The notes beneath the pieces were generated by a model that was not told where the DNA came from, did not search any database, and worked only from the letters and a program-made list of their open reading frames with translations. A stretch of DNA of 38,577 bases, taken from positions 128,001 through 166,577 of IMG/VR virus record IMGVR_UViG_3300020057_001228; one strand, 5' to 3'. This DNA comes from a virus (lineage: Duplodnaviria > Heunggongvirae > Uroviricota > Caudoviricetes). Below, one piece after another: positions 1 to 8,271 of this stretch (position 1 is the stretch's first letter; each line of letters begins with the position of its first letter). A program made the translations under genes and the position numbers.

Positions 1-1114
1 TTGGCAGCACGACCGCTTGGGTCATGTGAGGGTTGTCTTCATCAAACAGTTTGAGAACCACAATGTCACAGTCGTCACCCTCGTGAGTGAGGTAATGCAT
101 AATGCAGGACTCAGTACCTAACGCATGAGCAGCTCTATCCAGACACGCAGAGTCAACTAAGACCGCTGGTGTCGTACCAGAGATATCTGCTACACCCATT
201 GGTAGGTTGATTCTACCCCTTGCGAAGTCATGAGCTGAGAGCATCATCTCCCTGGCATCCGTATCAATTGTCATACGGGCTACTTGGGTTGCTTTGGTGA
301 CTCGCAGTGTACCAACCTTATCCTTGAAGATAGGTAGATTCATTACGATGTAACCAGCGGGCTCTTTATCAAACAGGAAGTCATATGCTTCCATATCGAC
401 TTCAGTGTTCGCTACACGCATTAAGAAGTGATCGTCACCTCTACTGAAGACAACGATGTCCTCTCCAAAGTGAATGAGTACTTCACCAATGAAGGCAGGC
501 ATCTTCCTTAAGGTATTATACGGGATTTTAAACTGGAAGGGGTGACTCTTGGTAGTCAAGCGGCACTCACAACGGACCAATAGTCCTACTGTAGAATCGC
601 CTACATACCCTCTCATCTTATCAGCATCCTCTATAGTAGCGAAGCCGACATCCCCCTCTTTGTTTAGAGTTCCGTTCTGTAGTGACACCAAGAACTCAGA
701 CAACAATTCTCCTGGTACAGAAGCTGCTACACGTGGGAACACAGCTTCTGTAGGGAAGTCTTCAGCTTCAGCTGGGAACAGGTTGAAAGCTATTGAAGCT
801 CCTCCTGCCCTGATCTGTAGCTCACCAGAACCTGGATCTGATTCAAGGACCAGCACATGGTCACCTAACCGAGACACAACCTTAGAGAAGTGTTCAGCAG
901 AGATCAAGATCTCACCAGGTACCTGTACATTGACATCTACGGATAGAGTCATCTGGTGACTCGTAGTATCTACAGATGTCATAAGCAGCTTGTCAGTTCC
1001 AGTCTTCAGCTTGATAGCCGTCTGCACTGGATTGGTTTCAGTCTTAGCTACCGCACCAGCTATCTGTCTAAGAGCCGACTGGAACTTATCTGGTTCAGAG
1101 ATTACTACGTGCAT
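1..1114 (-). CDS. dnaN: DNA polymerase III beta subunit-like sliding clamp (3' end runs just off the window)
   Basis: Absent from the ORF track because it has no stop in the window. Manual translation from ATG 1114 gives MHVVISEPDKFQSALRQIAGAVAKTETNPVQTAIKLKTGTDKLLMTSVD...VQVPGEILISAEHFSKVVSRL...LQIRAGGASIAFNLFPAEAEDFP, matching the beta-clamp N-terminal pattern. About 371 codons; the frame reads ...TQAVVLP at the window edge, like the clamp C-terminal hhMP motif. The central part was not fully translated. Confidence 0.85.
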   Translation of the reverse strand, partial: MHVVISEPDKFQSALRQIAGAVAKTETNPVQTAIKLKTGTDKLLMTSVDTTSHQMTLSVDVNVQVPGEILISAEHFSKVVSRLGDHVLVLESDPGSGELQIRAGGASIAFNLFPAEAEDFPTEAVFPRVAASVPGELLSEFLVSLQNGTLNKEGDVGFATIEDADKMRGYVGDSTVGLLVRCECRLTTKSHPFQFKIPYNTLRKMPAFIGEVLIHFGEDIVVFSRGDDHFLMRVANTEVDMEAYDFLFDKEPAGYIVMNLPIFKDKVGTLRVTKATQVARMTIDTDAREMMLSAHDFARGRINLPMGVADISGTTPAVLVDSACLDRAAHALGTESCIMHYLTHEGDDCDIVVLKLFDEDNPHMTQAVVLP

Positions 1115-1254
1115 TACGGCTTCCTCATGTCTGCTATGAATCTAGTCAGCTGCTTTACACATCGGTCTAGTTCGTAATCTCTTCCATTGCTGGTATCTAT
1201 CTCTACCTTGTAGTTCTTCTTGTCATCGTCTCGGAACTCGATCGTTATCTTCAC
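1114..1254 (-). CDS. small hypothetical protein (46 aa)
   Basis: GTG start after AAGGA; MKITIEFRDDDKKNYKVEIDTSNGRDYELDRCVKQLTRFIADMRKP. Its TAA overlaps the dnaN ATG (TAATG) and it fills the polA-dnaN gap. Confidence 0.65.
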   Translation of the reverse strand: MKITIEFRDDDKKNYKVEIDTSNGRDYELDRCVKQLTRFIADMRKP

Positions 1255-1266
1255 ATTGCATCCTTG

Positions 1267-3288
1267 TTACTTGGTCCATGTCCGACCTACCCCACAGGAG
1301 GCACGATCAGGAACAATATCTTTGAGGAAGAAGTTACTACCAAGATCCATACATTCGAGAATAGCGTTTACGATGTAACGCTGCTCTGGGATATATGAAG
1401 CTAACCTATGATCACCTGGATAATCCGTGTGATCCCAGTACTGCTCCGGTGGTGTTAAGAACTCCACGAGTACTTCATCATGCACCGTACCAACGATGTA
1501 GGCAGAGATACCTAGCTTCCGGAGACTCTTGAGTCTGGTTTCTAGGAACACCAATGCCTTCTTCATCATCAGAGCACCAGTACCTTGGATAGGTACATTC
1601 ATCCCAGCTCTACCAACGGCACCCTTATCAGCATGCCTGGAGTCATTAAGGAATCGTGTACGCCCTAAAGCAAACACAGATAACCTAGTGAGGTTTGCTG
1701 CTCTGGCTGCATCGTCAAGCCATCTCTTAAGCCCTGGAAGAGGCTTGAAGAAGCGATTGATGATCTGCTTAGCTTCGTCTACAGAGATACCTAGCTGAGG
1801 CCCTAGAGCGTGCTCAGACTGACCGTAACATGTACCGAACGTAACTGCCTTTGTGCCATCTCTGTAGGTTTTGCCATTCCACTTAGGGTGCTTTGTACGT
1901 GCATCCTTAGGATCGATACCAAAAGCTAGAGCTGCCGTCTGGGCGTGTAGATCAGCATCAGGGTTCTCAACCCACTTACCATCAATCAGTGCCAACTGTG
2001 GTCTGTTCAGAATATCAATCATAGTCTTGTCCATAGATAGGACAGCCATGATAGAAGTCTCTTGCCCACTAAAGTCACTGGATGCTATGTAACCACCATC
2101 ACTAGCTGAGAAGCAGTAGCGGTAGTTTAGGTAATACCCATTACGCTTCTTGTCGAAGTACTTCTTGTCAGATTCTATTACCAACTGGTCAGGTATCCTG
2201 ATGTCCAGTTTGGGAACCTGTTGCTGATTAGGGTGGGTGCTTGAGAATCTAGCAGTGGCTGTGCCTACTTGATTGAAGGTTGGATGAATGCGTCCGGTTA
2301 CAGGATGGATGTACTTCTCGTAGTCTGTTGATAGCTGCTTGCTCAGTAGTTTGTAGTCCAAGTAGATCTGGATGATGCTATAGGTCTCAGCTAGGTTCTT
2401 TAGAGTCTCAGCTTGCAGGTCTGGTAGCTCGATACCTACCTTAAGGAAGGAGGCCAGCATATCATCCCTAGAGTTTAAGTTGATACCAGCAGGTACCAGG
2501 CTGAAGCGCTTCTCTTCTAGAACATAGACGCGTTGCATCGTAGTTCCAAAGGCTTCACATAGCTGTCTGGTGATAGCTGGGAGAGCTAGCTTAGCACACT
2601 GTTGTACACGTCTGTACATGACTAGGTCGAAACCTATACCACGTACTTCCATCTCACACACCACTGGTAGTACGTCCATCTCAAGCTGCATAGCTTCAGC
2701 TGACTCGTACTCATCGTCAATGGCAGACCGAAGGATATCGTGTAGTTCTATCAGATGTAGTACATCAGAGGCTGCGTAGTCGTATTGTTCCGTAGTTAAG
2801 CTACCTCCCCAATAGGAGGTCTGTTCTGTCTTATCCATCTCAACGGACATAAAGTCTCTCAGTAGATCCTTAAGACCTAGACCACAGGAAGCCCTTATAG
2901 ACATGCCCGTGGCATAACCGATGAGACAGCCAGCTATGTAAGTACAGTAGATCTTCTTCAGTTCAACCTTACAGTTGACCAGGAGCATCTTGTACTCGAA
3001 CTTAGCATTGTGGGCTACCCAGGTTATGTCATCTCTATTGAGGAAGTCGAAGAGAGCTTGTGGTCTCCTCAGTCTCTTCAAGTCAAAGACGTAGGTGTTT
3101 CCATTCCTAGTCTTCATCTGGATGAGTCTGATGGCATTCGTATGTGGATCTGAGAAGCCATAGATAGTCGTCACACCTGTTGAGTACGTCTCGGTGTCTA
3201 AAGCTACCAGGGGTTCTACTTGGACCTCTCTATCGAGGTGTGATAAGGCTGCTTTGAGACCTTCTGCATCTGCAACGATAGTGTACAT
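1267..3288 (-). CDS. polA: family A DNA polymerase with 3'-5' exonuclease domain, no 5'-3' exonuclease
   Basis: ExoI LDTET, ExoII HNAKFE, ExoIII YAASDV; TATARFSSTHPNQQQVP; motif A DFSGQE; motif B RDGTKAVTFGTCYG; motif C VHDEV; C-terminal GVGRTW. Confidence 0.97.
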   Translation of the reverse strand: MYTIVADAEGLKAALSHLDREVQVEPLVALDTETYSTGVTTIYGFSDPHTNAIRLIQMKTRNGNTYVFDLKRLRRPQALFDFLNRDDITWVAHNAKFEYKMLLVNCKVELKKIYCTYIAGCLIGYATGMSIRASCGLGLKDLLRDFMSVEMDKTEQTSYWGGSLTTEQYDYAASDVLHLIELHDILRSAIDDEYESAEAMQLEMDVLPVVCEMEVRGIGFDLVMYRRVQQCAKLALPAITRQLCEAFGTTMQRVYVLEEKRFSLVPAGINLNSRDDMLASFLKVGIELPDLQAETLKNLAETYSIIQIYLDYKLLSKQLSTDYEKYIHPVTGRIHPTFNQVGTATARFSSTHPNQQQVPKLDIRIPDQLVIESDKKYFDKKRNGYYLNYRYCFSASDGGYIASSDFSGQETSIMAVLSMDKTMIDILNRPQLALIDGKWVENPDADLHAQTAALAFGIDPKDARTKHPKWNGKTYRDGTKAVTFGTCYGQSEHALGPQLGISVDEAKQIINRFFKPLPGLKRWLDDAARAANLTRLSVFALGRTRFLNDSRHADKGAVGRAGMNVPIQGTGALMMKKALVFLETRLKSLRKLGISAYIVGTVHDEVLVEFLTPPEQYWDHTDYPGDHRLASYIPEQRYIVNAILECMDLGSNFFLKDIVPDRASCGVGRTWTK

Positions 3289-3291
3289 TCA

Positions 3292-3636
3292 TTACCTCAT
3301 TGGGAGTACTTTGTTCTTTGTTCGTTTTCTAGTTAGCACATCGTAGCATAGGTAATGCAGGATGGCGGTCCCCATACCAAGAAAGAGGTAGGAGGCATTA
3401 ATGACTGTGTTAGATACTTCTTTACCAGGTGGTCGTTGTTGAACCTGGAAGCACATATCTTCGATCACAGCTTTGCAGTTATCACCACCACCATGGATAT
3501 CGTAAGACCTGTAATCCCTGGTGTACTTCTTACCAACGCAGACACTGGCTTCTCTGATCACTATAGACAACGACTCTACACCATCACAGAACCGTGCTGC
3601 CACAGCTTCTACCTCGCTCGGGAGATCTTCCGTCAT
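3292..3636 (-). CDS. hypothetical protein
   Basis: Open frame. The start was moved to ATG 3636 (GGGAAGGA RBS) because the TTG start abuts the upstream terminator U-tract. Confidence 0.65.
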   Translation of the reverse strand: MTEDLPSEVEAVAARFCDGVESLSIVIREASVCVGKKYTRDYRSYDIHGGGDNCKAVIEDMCFQVQQRPPGKEVSNTVINASYLFLGMGTAILHYLCYDVLTRKRTKNKVLPMR

Positions 3637-3652
3637 CCTATTCCTTCCCAAT

Positions 3653-3678
3653 AAAAAAAGGGCCCCTTAAGGCCCCTC
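3653..3678 (-). terminator. intrinsic terminator
   Basis: Minus strand GAGGGGCC-TTAAGG-GGCCC followed by T7, directly after 3691..4002. Confidence 0.8.
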
Positions 3679-3690
3679 GGGTAGATTAGC

Positions 3691-4002
3691 TTACAGCTCG
3701 TCTACAAGGTATCCGTAGAATGAACCAGTAACACCAGCACCACTGGTCTCGTGCTTCACCGTCCCACCAGACTTAACGAAAAGAGGATCCAACTTAGCAC
3801 TACCAGATGCAACTCCAGCAGCAGTGATAGTAGTCACAGAGTGAACTACGACATCATTGAAGAGGACAGAGTTTGTGCCAGGAGCAGCTGGAACCTGTAC
3901 GCTTACACCAGTAATGACAAGCGTCTTACCAGCAGGTACGGTGTACGTTGCTTCTGTGTTGGTGACAGCCTGTACAAACAGGGCACCGCGAGGACTAGAC
4001 AT
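3691..4002 (-). CDS. small beta-rich protein, possibly virion decoration/structural
   Basis: AGGAG RBS; V/T/G/S/A-rich, with a YTVPAGKTLVIT motif and a terminal FYGYLV strand typical of small beta-sandwich virion proteins; has its own promoter and terminator. Function is inference. Confidence 0.55.
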   Translation of the reverse strand: MSSPRGALFVQAVTNTEATYTVPAGKTLVITGVSVQVPAAPGTNSVLFNDVVVHSVTTITAAGVASGSAKLDPLFVKSGGTVKHETSGAGVTGSFYGYLVDEL

Positions 4003-4063
4003 TGATGATCTCCTATGAACTAACGCGCGTTATTCAGTAGGAAGCTTGAGCTTCACTGACTGG

Positions 4064-4093
4064 ATAGTAGCACGGTATTCATACAAGTATCAA
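4064..4093 (-). promoter_or_regulatory. sigma70-type promoter with extended -10
   Basis: TTGATA-18 nt-TACTAT with TGn directly before the -10 box, upstream of 3691..4002. Confidence 0.5.
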
Positions 4094-4386
4094 TGCCTAT
4101 TTTTGAGCGCTCTCACACCTAGGTGGACCCAGCGAAGCATTTGACAGTCCATCAGTACGTTAGCACCGAACCATACATTCTCAGAACTCAGGAACCTTTG
4201 ATCTGGATCAGTATCACTATAGATATTTAGACATAGGTCGACATCGTGAGCGAAGTCCATAACTACGACTACAGTACCAAGGGTATGATCTTCACCTGTG
4301 AGACCAGCAACGAACACACTACGAAGGCTATCATTGGCCTCTGTACCATAGAGTGCTATGCACTTATCAACAAGCTGTGTATGCAC
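4090..4386 (-). CDS. hypothetical protein
   Basis: 98-aa ORF with GTG start overlapping the upstream gene end. Confidence 0.6.
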   Translation of the reverse strand: MHTQLVDKCIALYGTEANDSLRSVFVAGLTGEDHTLGTVVVVMDFAHDVDLCLNIYSDTDPDQRFLSSENVWFGANVLMDCQMLRWVHLGVRALKNRH

Positions 4387-4663
4387 GTGATTCTAACCTT
4401 ATGTTGTAGAGCATGAAGAGATGCTGACAGGCCACCAGGACGGTGCAGGAGTAGGCTCTATCTGCAGCCCAGAAGTCATGTGTAGAGAAGCTATCAACGC
4501 AGCTCAGAGCCTTTACAGGCTTAGAGAAGAGTGACTCTATCTCTGGTCTTTGCATAACGAGTGCGTTACCTTGAGCTAACTCTTTACGTGATAGTGAGAT
4601 AGATCTCAACACGTCTTTCCTATAGCTATAAAGCCGGTCAGCCAGTTGAGACCTTAAGGTCAT
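4367..4663 (-). CDS. hypothetical protein
   Basis: Start moved to ATG 4663 (AAGGGGGA RBS), coupled to the upstream TGA. Confidence 0.6.
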   Translation of the reverse strand: MTLRSQLADRLYSYRKDVLRSISLSRKELAQGNALVMQRPEIESLFSKPVKALSCVDSFSTHDFWAADRAYSCTVLVACQHLFMLYNIRLESRAYTAC

Positions 4664-4863
4664 CACGTCCCCCTTGAATACAGGTAGGCTCTGCGTATTA
4701 GTCCAACACGCCAAAGAAGTTCTATTGTACCCTGCATATCTCTAAGGAGAGCAGGTTCCATGATAGAGAGTTGCCAACTACCTGAAACATGAACAGGATT
4801 GTCAGAGAACTCATCGTTAAGCATATGTATCCAAAGTGGGTGTAAGTTAAGTGAGTCTCTCAT
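4663..4863 (-). CDS. hypothetical protein
   Basis: 66-aa ORF filling the gap and translationally coupled to the next gene. Confidence 0.55.
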   Translation of the reverse strand: MRDSLNLHPLWIHMLNDEFSDNPVHVSGSWQLSIMEPALLRDMQGTIELLWRVGLIRRAYLYSRGT

Positions 4864-4873
4864 ATTAGTGGAA

Positions 4874-4892
4874 GAGGGACACGTAGTCCCCC
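4874..4892 (-). terminator. stem-loop after nrdJ (possible weak terminator)
   Basis: GGGGGAC-TACGT-GTCCCTC followed by a poor U-tract (TTCC). Confidence 0.45.
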
Positions 4893-4904
4893 GTAGTTAT
4901 TAGG

Positions 4905-7484
4905 TTATCCGCACTTGGAATAACCACATGAGGTACAAATGATACAGCCATTAGTGTATCTCATTGTTCCCTCTGCGTCGCAGCTCCCACAATCACCCTT
5001 AGCTACCTGTCCATCTGGCATTTGCATAGCCAGGACTTTGACGATGTGGAACACAAGGGATCCAGCATAGTACTGAGGTAGCCCACTAAGAGTAGTGATG
5101 ACCTCATCAACAGGTACACCATGTCTTAGGTTGAGGCTGATCATACGACCGATGCGACGTGTATTGAGTTGGTGTGCAGATTTGAATAGCTGGTCATCTA
5201 CGAATTCATCGTCAAGGTCATGCTTTTTAGCTAGGCTGACGAGAGCATCAGTGACGGTATCAGTGTCATCTGTATTCTCTCTACGGTTAGTATCAATGAA
5301 GAGCTCGTAAGGATTGTCGTTCTTGAGGCTGAGTGTGAAGTAGAACTTCATCTTGCCAGACTTACGTACGATACGTAGGGCTGGTAGTTCATCTGGAGTA
5401 CGAGGAACAGAACGACCAGGCTCTAGACCATCACTATCAAGATAGCGAAGGATACCAGCTCTAGATCCGTCACGGTAGATCGTAACTCCCTTGAGACCTA
5501 GTTCGTAGGCCAGGAGGTAGATCTTCTCAACGTCTTCTTCTGTCACGTCTTTAGGTAGGTTGATAGTGCTGCTGATAGCATTGCTGGTGTACTTACCGAT
5601 GAGGCCCTGCATGCGTACACGCATCTCAAGGTCTATCTCAGATGTAGTAACCAGATAGTGCTTAACCAAGGGGTCTCCGAGGTCAGCTGCAGATAGGCCA
5701 GCCCTCCGCAGACAATTAGCCACAACACGGTACGTAGTATAACCCCCGTCATCCTTCTTCACCCTTCTCTCGAAGTCGAATTCAAAGATGGGTTCCAGGC
5801 CTGAACCATCGAGCTGGGCTATTAGACTGACTGTACCTGTAGGAGCCACTGTAGAGGTAGCGATGTTACGCACACCGTAAGCCCTGATAAGATCTTTAGT
5901 CTCGTCAGATAGCGTGTTCCACACTGTGGACTTAGCGAACGTATCGAAGTTGTAGGCTGGGCAAGCACCCTTCTCTTTAGCCAGGAGAGCTGTAGCCTGG
6001 TACTCAGAGTCATTCTTAAGTACCATAATACGCTCAACGAGAGCAAGAGCTTCCTTGGAATCGTAACGAAGTCCAAGCATGACAAGCATGTCAGCTAGCC
6101 CAGTGATACCAATACCAAGGCGACGGTAGTCCTTGGCCGCTTCTTCCTGCTGACGTAGAGCCTGCCGGCCTTCGTTAACAGTATGAATGTTGTCCTGAAC
6201 GCGTACTGCCAGCCTGGCATTGATCTCAAACTTGTCGAAATCAAACTCAACGACACCGTTAGCGCTACGTGTAACAAACATAGTCAGGTTGTGGTGACCT
6301 AAGCAGCACGGCTCGTAAGCCGATAAGCCGATCTCACCACAAGGATTAGTCGTTAGGAACGGGGCCTTGGCTGTCCATGCACGCTTGAAGTTACCTCTAA
6401 AGATAACGCCAGGCTCAGCTGACTTCCAAGCAGAGTGGATGATCTTCTTCCATAGGACTTTTGCCTTCTCTTTGCGGTAGACCTTAATGGGATACCCATT
6501 AGCCTTCCACTTCTCGAAGTCACCATCCCAGCGGGTGTCATAGATCGTAGCTGCAGCTTCACGCTTGCGCAGCTCTACCACATACTCCTCGTCCACATTG
6601 TAGCCATCGTACATCAGCATGTAACCAGACTGACGCTTACGCCAGACGGATAGATACTGTGCATCTGTTTCTATTGGGCAGTTGCTAATGTCAGGAAACC
6701 AGTATTCAAATTCCCTGTCATTAATAACCGCATCCATAAACTCATCAGAGATATGGGGGGAGATGTTTGCCGACGAGACCTTACGACGGTCACCAAAGGT
6801 ATCATTGAACTTCTTGGCGAGCGTAGGTGTATGCCTAGCCATCTTCTCAAGCTGTTCAGTCCACCCATCGTCCTTGATGCCAACAAAGGCATGGACGTCT
6901 GGGTGCTCACCATCAATGGAAAGCATCTCGGCACCACGACGACCCTTCTGGGCAATCGTAGCCGTGTTAGTGCTGTACAGATCCATGAAGCTGACTGCAC
7001 CAGGCGCTTCACTTCTATTAGACCTTGTAGGAGCACCAGCTGGACGTAGGATACCAATGTGGTTACCTACACCGCCATGCTTAGCATACGTGCGAGCTGT
7101 TTGTGTCAGACATGTCATGATGCCATACAAGCTATCTTCCAGGATCGGAATGGTATAGCAGTTGTTGTAGGATTCGTTCCTACCTGTGGCACCTAAACCG
7201 AACATAACCCGGCCACCGAATACGTATGTGAAGTCCTTCATCATTTCCATGATGACTGCGTACCACTTGTTTATGTCAGACTTCTCACCTAGAGCAGCAC
7301 CATAAGCTAGACGCTCCCAGAAACGATAGAGGTTTGGCTCACCGTTCCAGTAGTCCTCAGGTGCTGCGTACTTATTCGTGAAGACATCTGCAGCGATTAA
7401 GTTATCGCCATAGACCTTCTGTAGGGTGTAGTTCTCATACTCCTTTGCATCTCTGAGATGTTCCGGAACGAGTGAGCTCACCAT
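4905..7484 (-). CDS. nrdJ: class II (adenosylcobalamin-dependent) ribonucleotide reductase
   Basis: NCY, GGVG, RRGA, ANIS, EPG, TNPCGEI, LGIGITGLAD, APTGTVS, SSTINLP, KGVTIYRDGSR; C-terminal TSCPD-like domain and CxxC...CxxCGYSKCG. True start is ATG 7484 with AGGAGG. No nrdB/F is present in the window. Confidence 0.93.
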   Translation of the reverse strand: MVSSLVPEHLRDAKEYENYTLQKVYGDNLIAADVFTNKYAAPEDYWNGEPNLYRFWERLAYGAALGEKSDINKWYAVIMEMMKDFTYVFGGRVMFGLGATGRNESYNNCYTIPILEDSLYGIMTCLTQTARTYAKHGGVGNHIGILRPAGAPTRSNRSEAPGAVSFMDLYSTNTATIAQKGRRGAEMLSIDGEHPDVHAFVGIKDDGWTEQLEKMARHTPTLAKKFNDTFGDRRKVSSANISPHISDEFMDAVINDREFEYWFPDISNCPIETDAQYLSVWRKRQSGYMLMYDGYNVDEEYVVELRKREAAATIYDTRWDGDFEKWKANGYPIKVYRKEKAKVLWKKIIHSAWKSAEPGVIFRGNFKRAWTAKAPFLTTNPCGEIGLSAYEPCCLGHHNLTMFVTRSANGVVEFDFDKFEINARLAVRVQDNIHTVNEGRQALRQQEEAAKDYRRLGIGITGLADMLVMLGLRYDSKEALALVERIMVLKNDSEYQATALLAKEKGACPAYNFDTFAKSTVWNTLSDETKDLIRAYGVRNIATSTVAPTGTVSLIAQLDGSGLEPIFEFDFERRVKKDDGGYTTYRVVANCLRRAGLSAADLGDPLVKHYLVTTSEIDLEMRVRMQGLIGKYTSNAISSTINLPKDVTEEDVEKIYLLAYELGLKGVTIYRDGSRAGILRYLDSDGLEPGRSVPRTPDELPALRIVRKSGKMKFYFTLSLKNDNPYELFIDTNRRENTDDTDTVTDALVSLAKKHDLDDEFVDDQLFKSAHQLNTRRIGRMISLNLRHGVPVDEVITTLSGLPQYYAGSLVFHIVKVLAMQMPDGQVAKGDCGSCDAEGTMRYTNGCIICTSCGYSKCG

Positions 7485-7527
7485 CGATTTCCTCCTGGTA
7501 CGTTGTCTATGAAAATGAAATTCTAAT

Positions 7528-8028
7528 CTAGGTGGCTCTGGACCACAACTCATAATGATATGAGTATCCAAGGGTGGAATGTTTACGGCTAACTCTGTTA
7601 TCCAAAGTCCACTCGTCCCAATCGATGGGAGGGAAGAACTTATCACAACCAAAGCTCTCGTCGATCCTAGTGAGGTACATAGAGTTAGCTAGAGGGAGAG
7701 CTTGCTTGTAGACATCGCCACCGCCAATGATGAACATTGGTGCATAAGCTGTATGTATAGCTTCCTCTAGGTTGTTACAAAGGAAGATTGGCGGAGTGTT
7801 CTTCGTCAACATGATGGTCTGGTTGACCTTCCTGGTGAGGATAATGTTAGTCCTTCCAGGGAGAGTCTTAGGCAGGCTTTCAGCCGTCTTAGAACCCATG
7901 ATGATAGGATAACCCATCGTCAGATCTTTGAACCGCTGTAGATCCTCTGCGATGTTCCACGGCATATCACCGCCTCTAGCAATACCCATATCAGAATCTA
8001 CTGCTGCGATGATAGAGACGTGATGCAT
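7528..8028 (-). CDS. folA: dihydrofolate reductase
   Basis: IIAAV..GIA..GDMPW..EDLQRFK.LT.G..IIMG.KT.ESL..LPGRTNIILTR, FIIGGGDVY, YLTRI, DKFFP. Start at ATG 8028. Confidence 0.96.
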   Translation of the reverse strand: MHHVSIIAAVDSDMGIARGGDMPWNIAEDLQRFKDLTMGYPIIMGSKTAESLPKTLPGRTNIILTRKVNQTIMLTKNTPPIFLCNNLEEAIHTAYAPMFIIGGGDVYKQALPLANSMYLTRIDESFGCDKFFPPIDWDEWTLDNRVSRKHSTLGYSYHYELWSRAT

Positions 8029-8065
8029 GAAAACCCCACAGTTGAGATTGTTTGTATAATGTATA

Positions 8066-8238
8066 TAGGCCCTCGGCCCACTCACGTGGTCCTCAGGCCT
8101 ACGATTTTTATCTAGACTCCACTTAGTGTTCGGCTAGATCAGAAGTACTCGAAAGTAGATTCTAGTCGAACTTAGACTTACTTAAGTCTACTAGGCGGAG
8201 TTCCTCCACTTGAGCGTCCCGGCTGAGTCGTCGTACTG
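8066..8238 (-). ncRNA. candidate structured non-coding RNA of unknown family
   Basis: A 230-nt gap in an otherwise tightly packed region contains five hairpins. On the minus strand these have UUCG and GUGA (GNRA) loops and tandem G.A pairs. A TATAAT lies just upstream. Confidence 0.55.
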
Positions 8239-8243
8239 GTCTA

Positions 8244-8271
8244 ATTATACAGAACTTGTGCTACACAGCAA
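8244..8271 (-). promoter_or_regulatory. sigma70-type promoter upstream of the structured RNA and folA
   Basis: TTGCTG-16 nt-TATAAT with a perfect -10 box at 8244..8249. Confidence 0.5.

Noticed and set aside
549-1177. Plus-strand ORFs 549..959 and 956..1177, and the many other plus-strand or nested ORFs in the track
   Set aside because: They are antisense or alternate-frame shadows of well-supported minus-strand genes (here dnaN), with no RBS or protein motifs.
8066-8238. Assigning the structured RNA to RNase P (GAGGAACTCCG), hammerhead (CTGAGGA) or tmRNA
   Set aside because: There is no complementary P4 3' strand, no GAAA after the would-be stem II, and no tRNA-like ends or tag frame.
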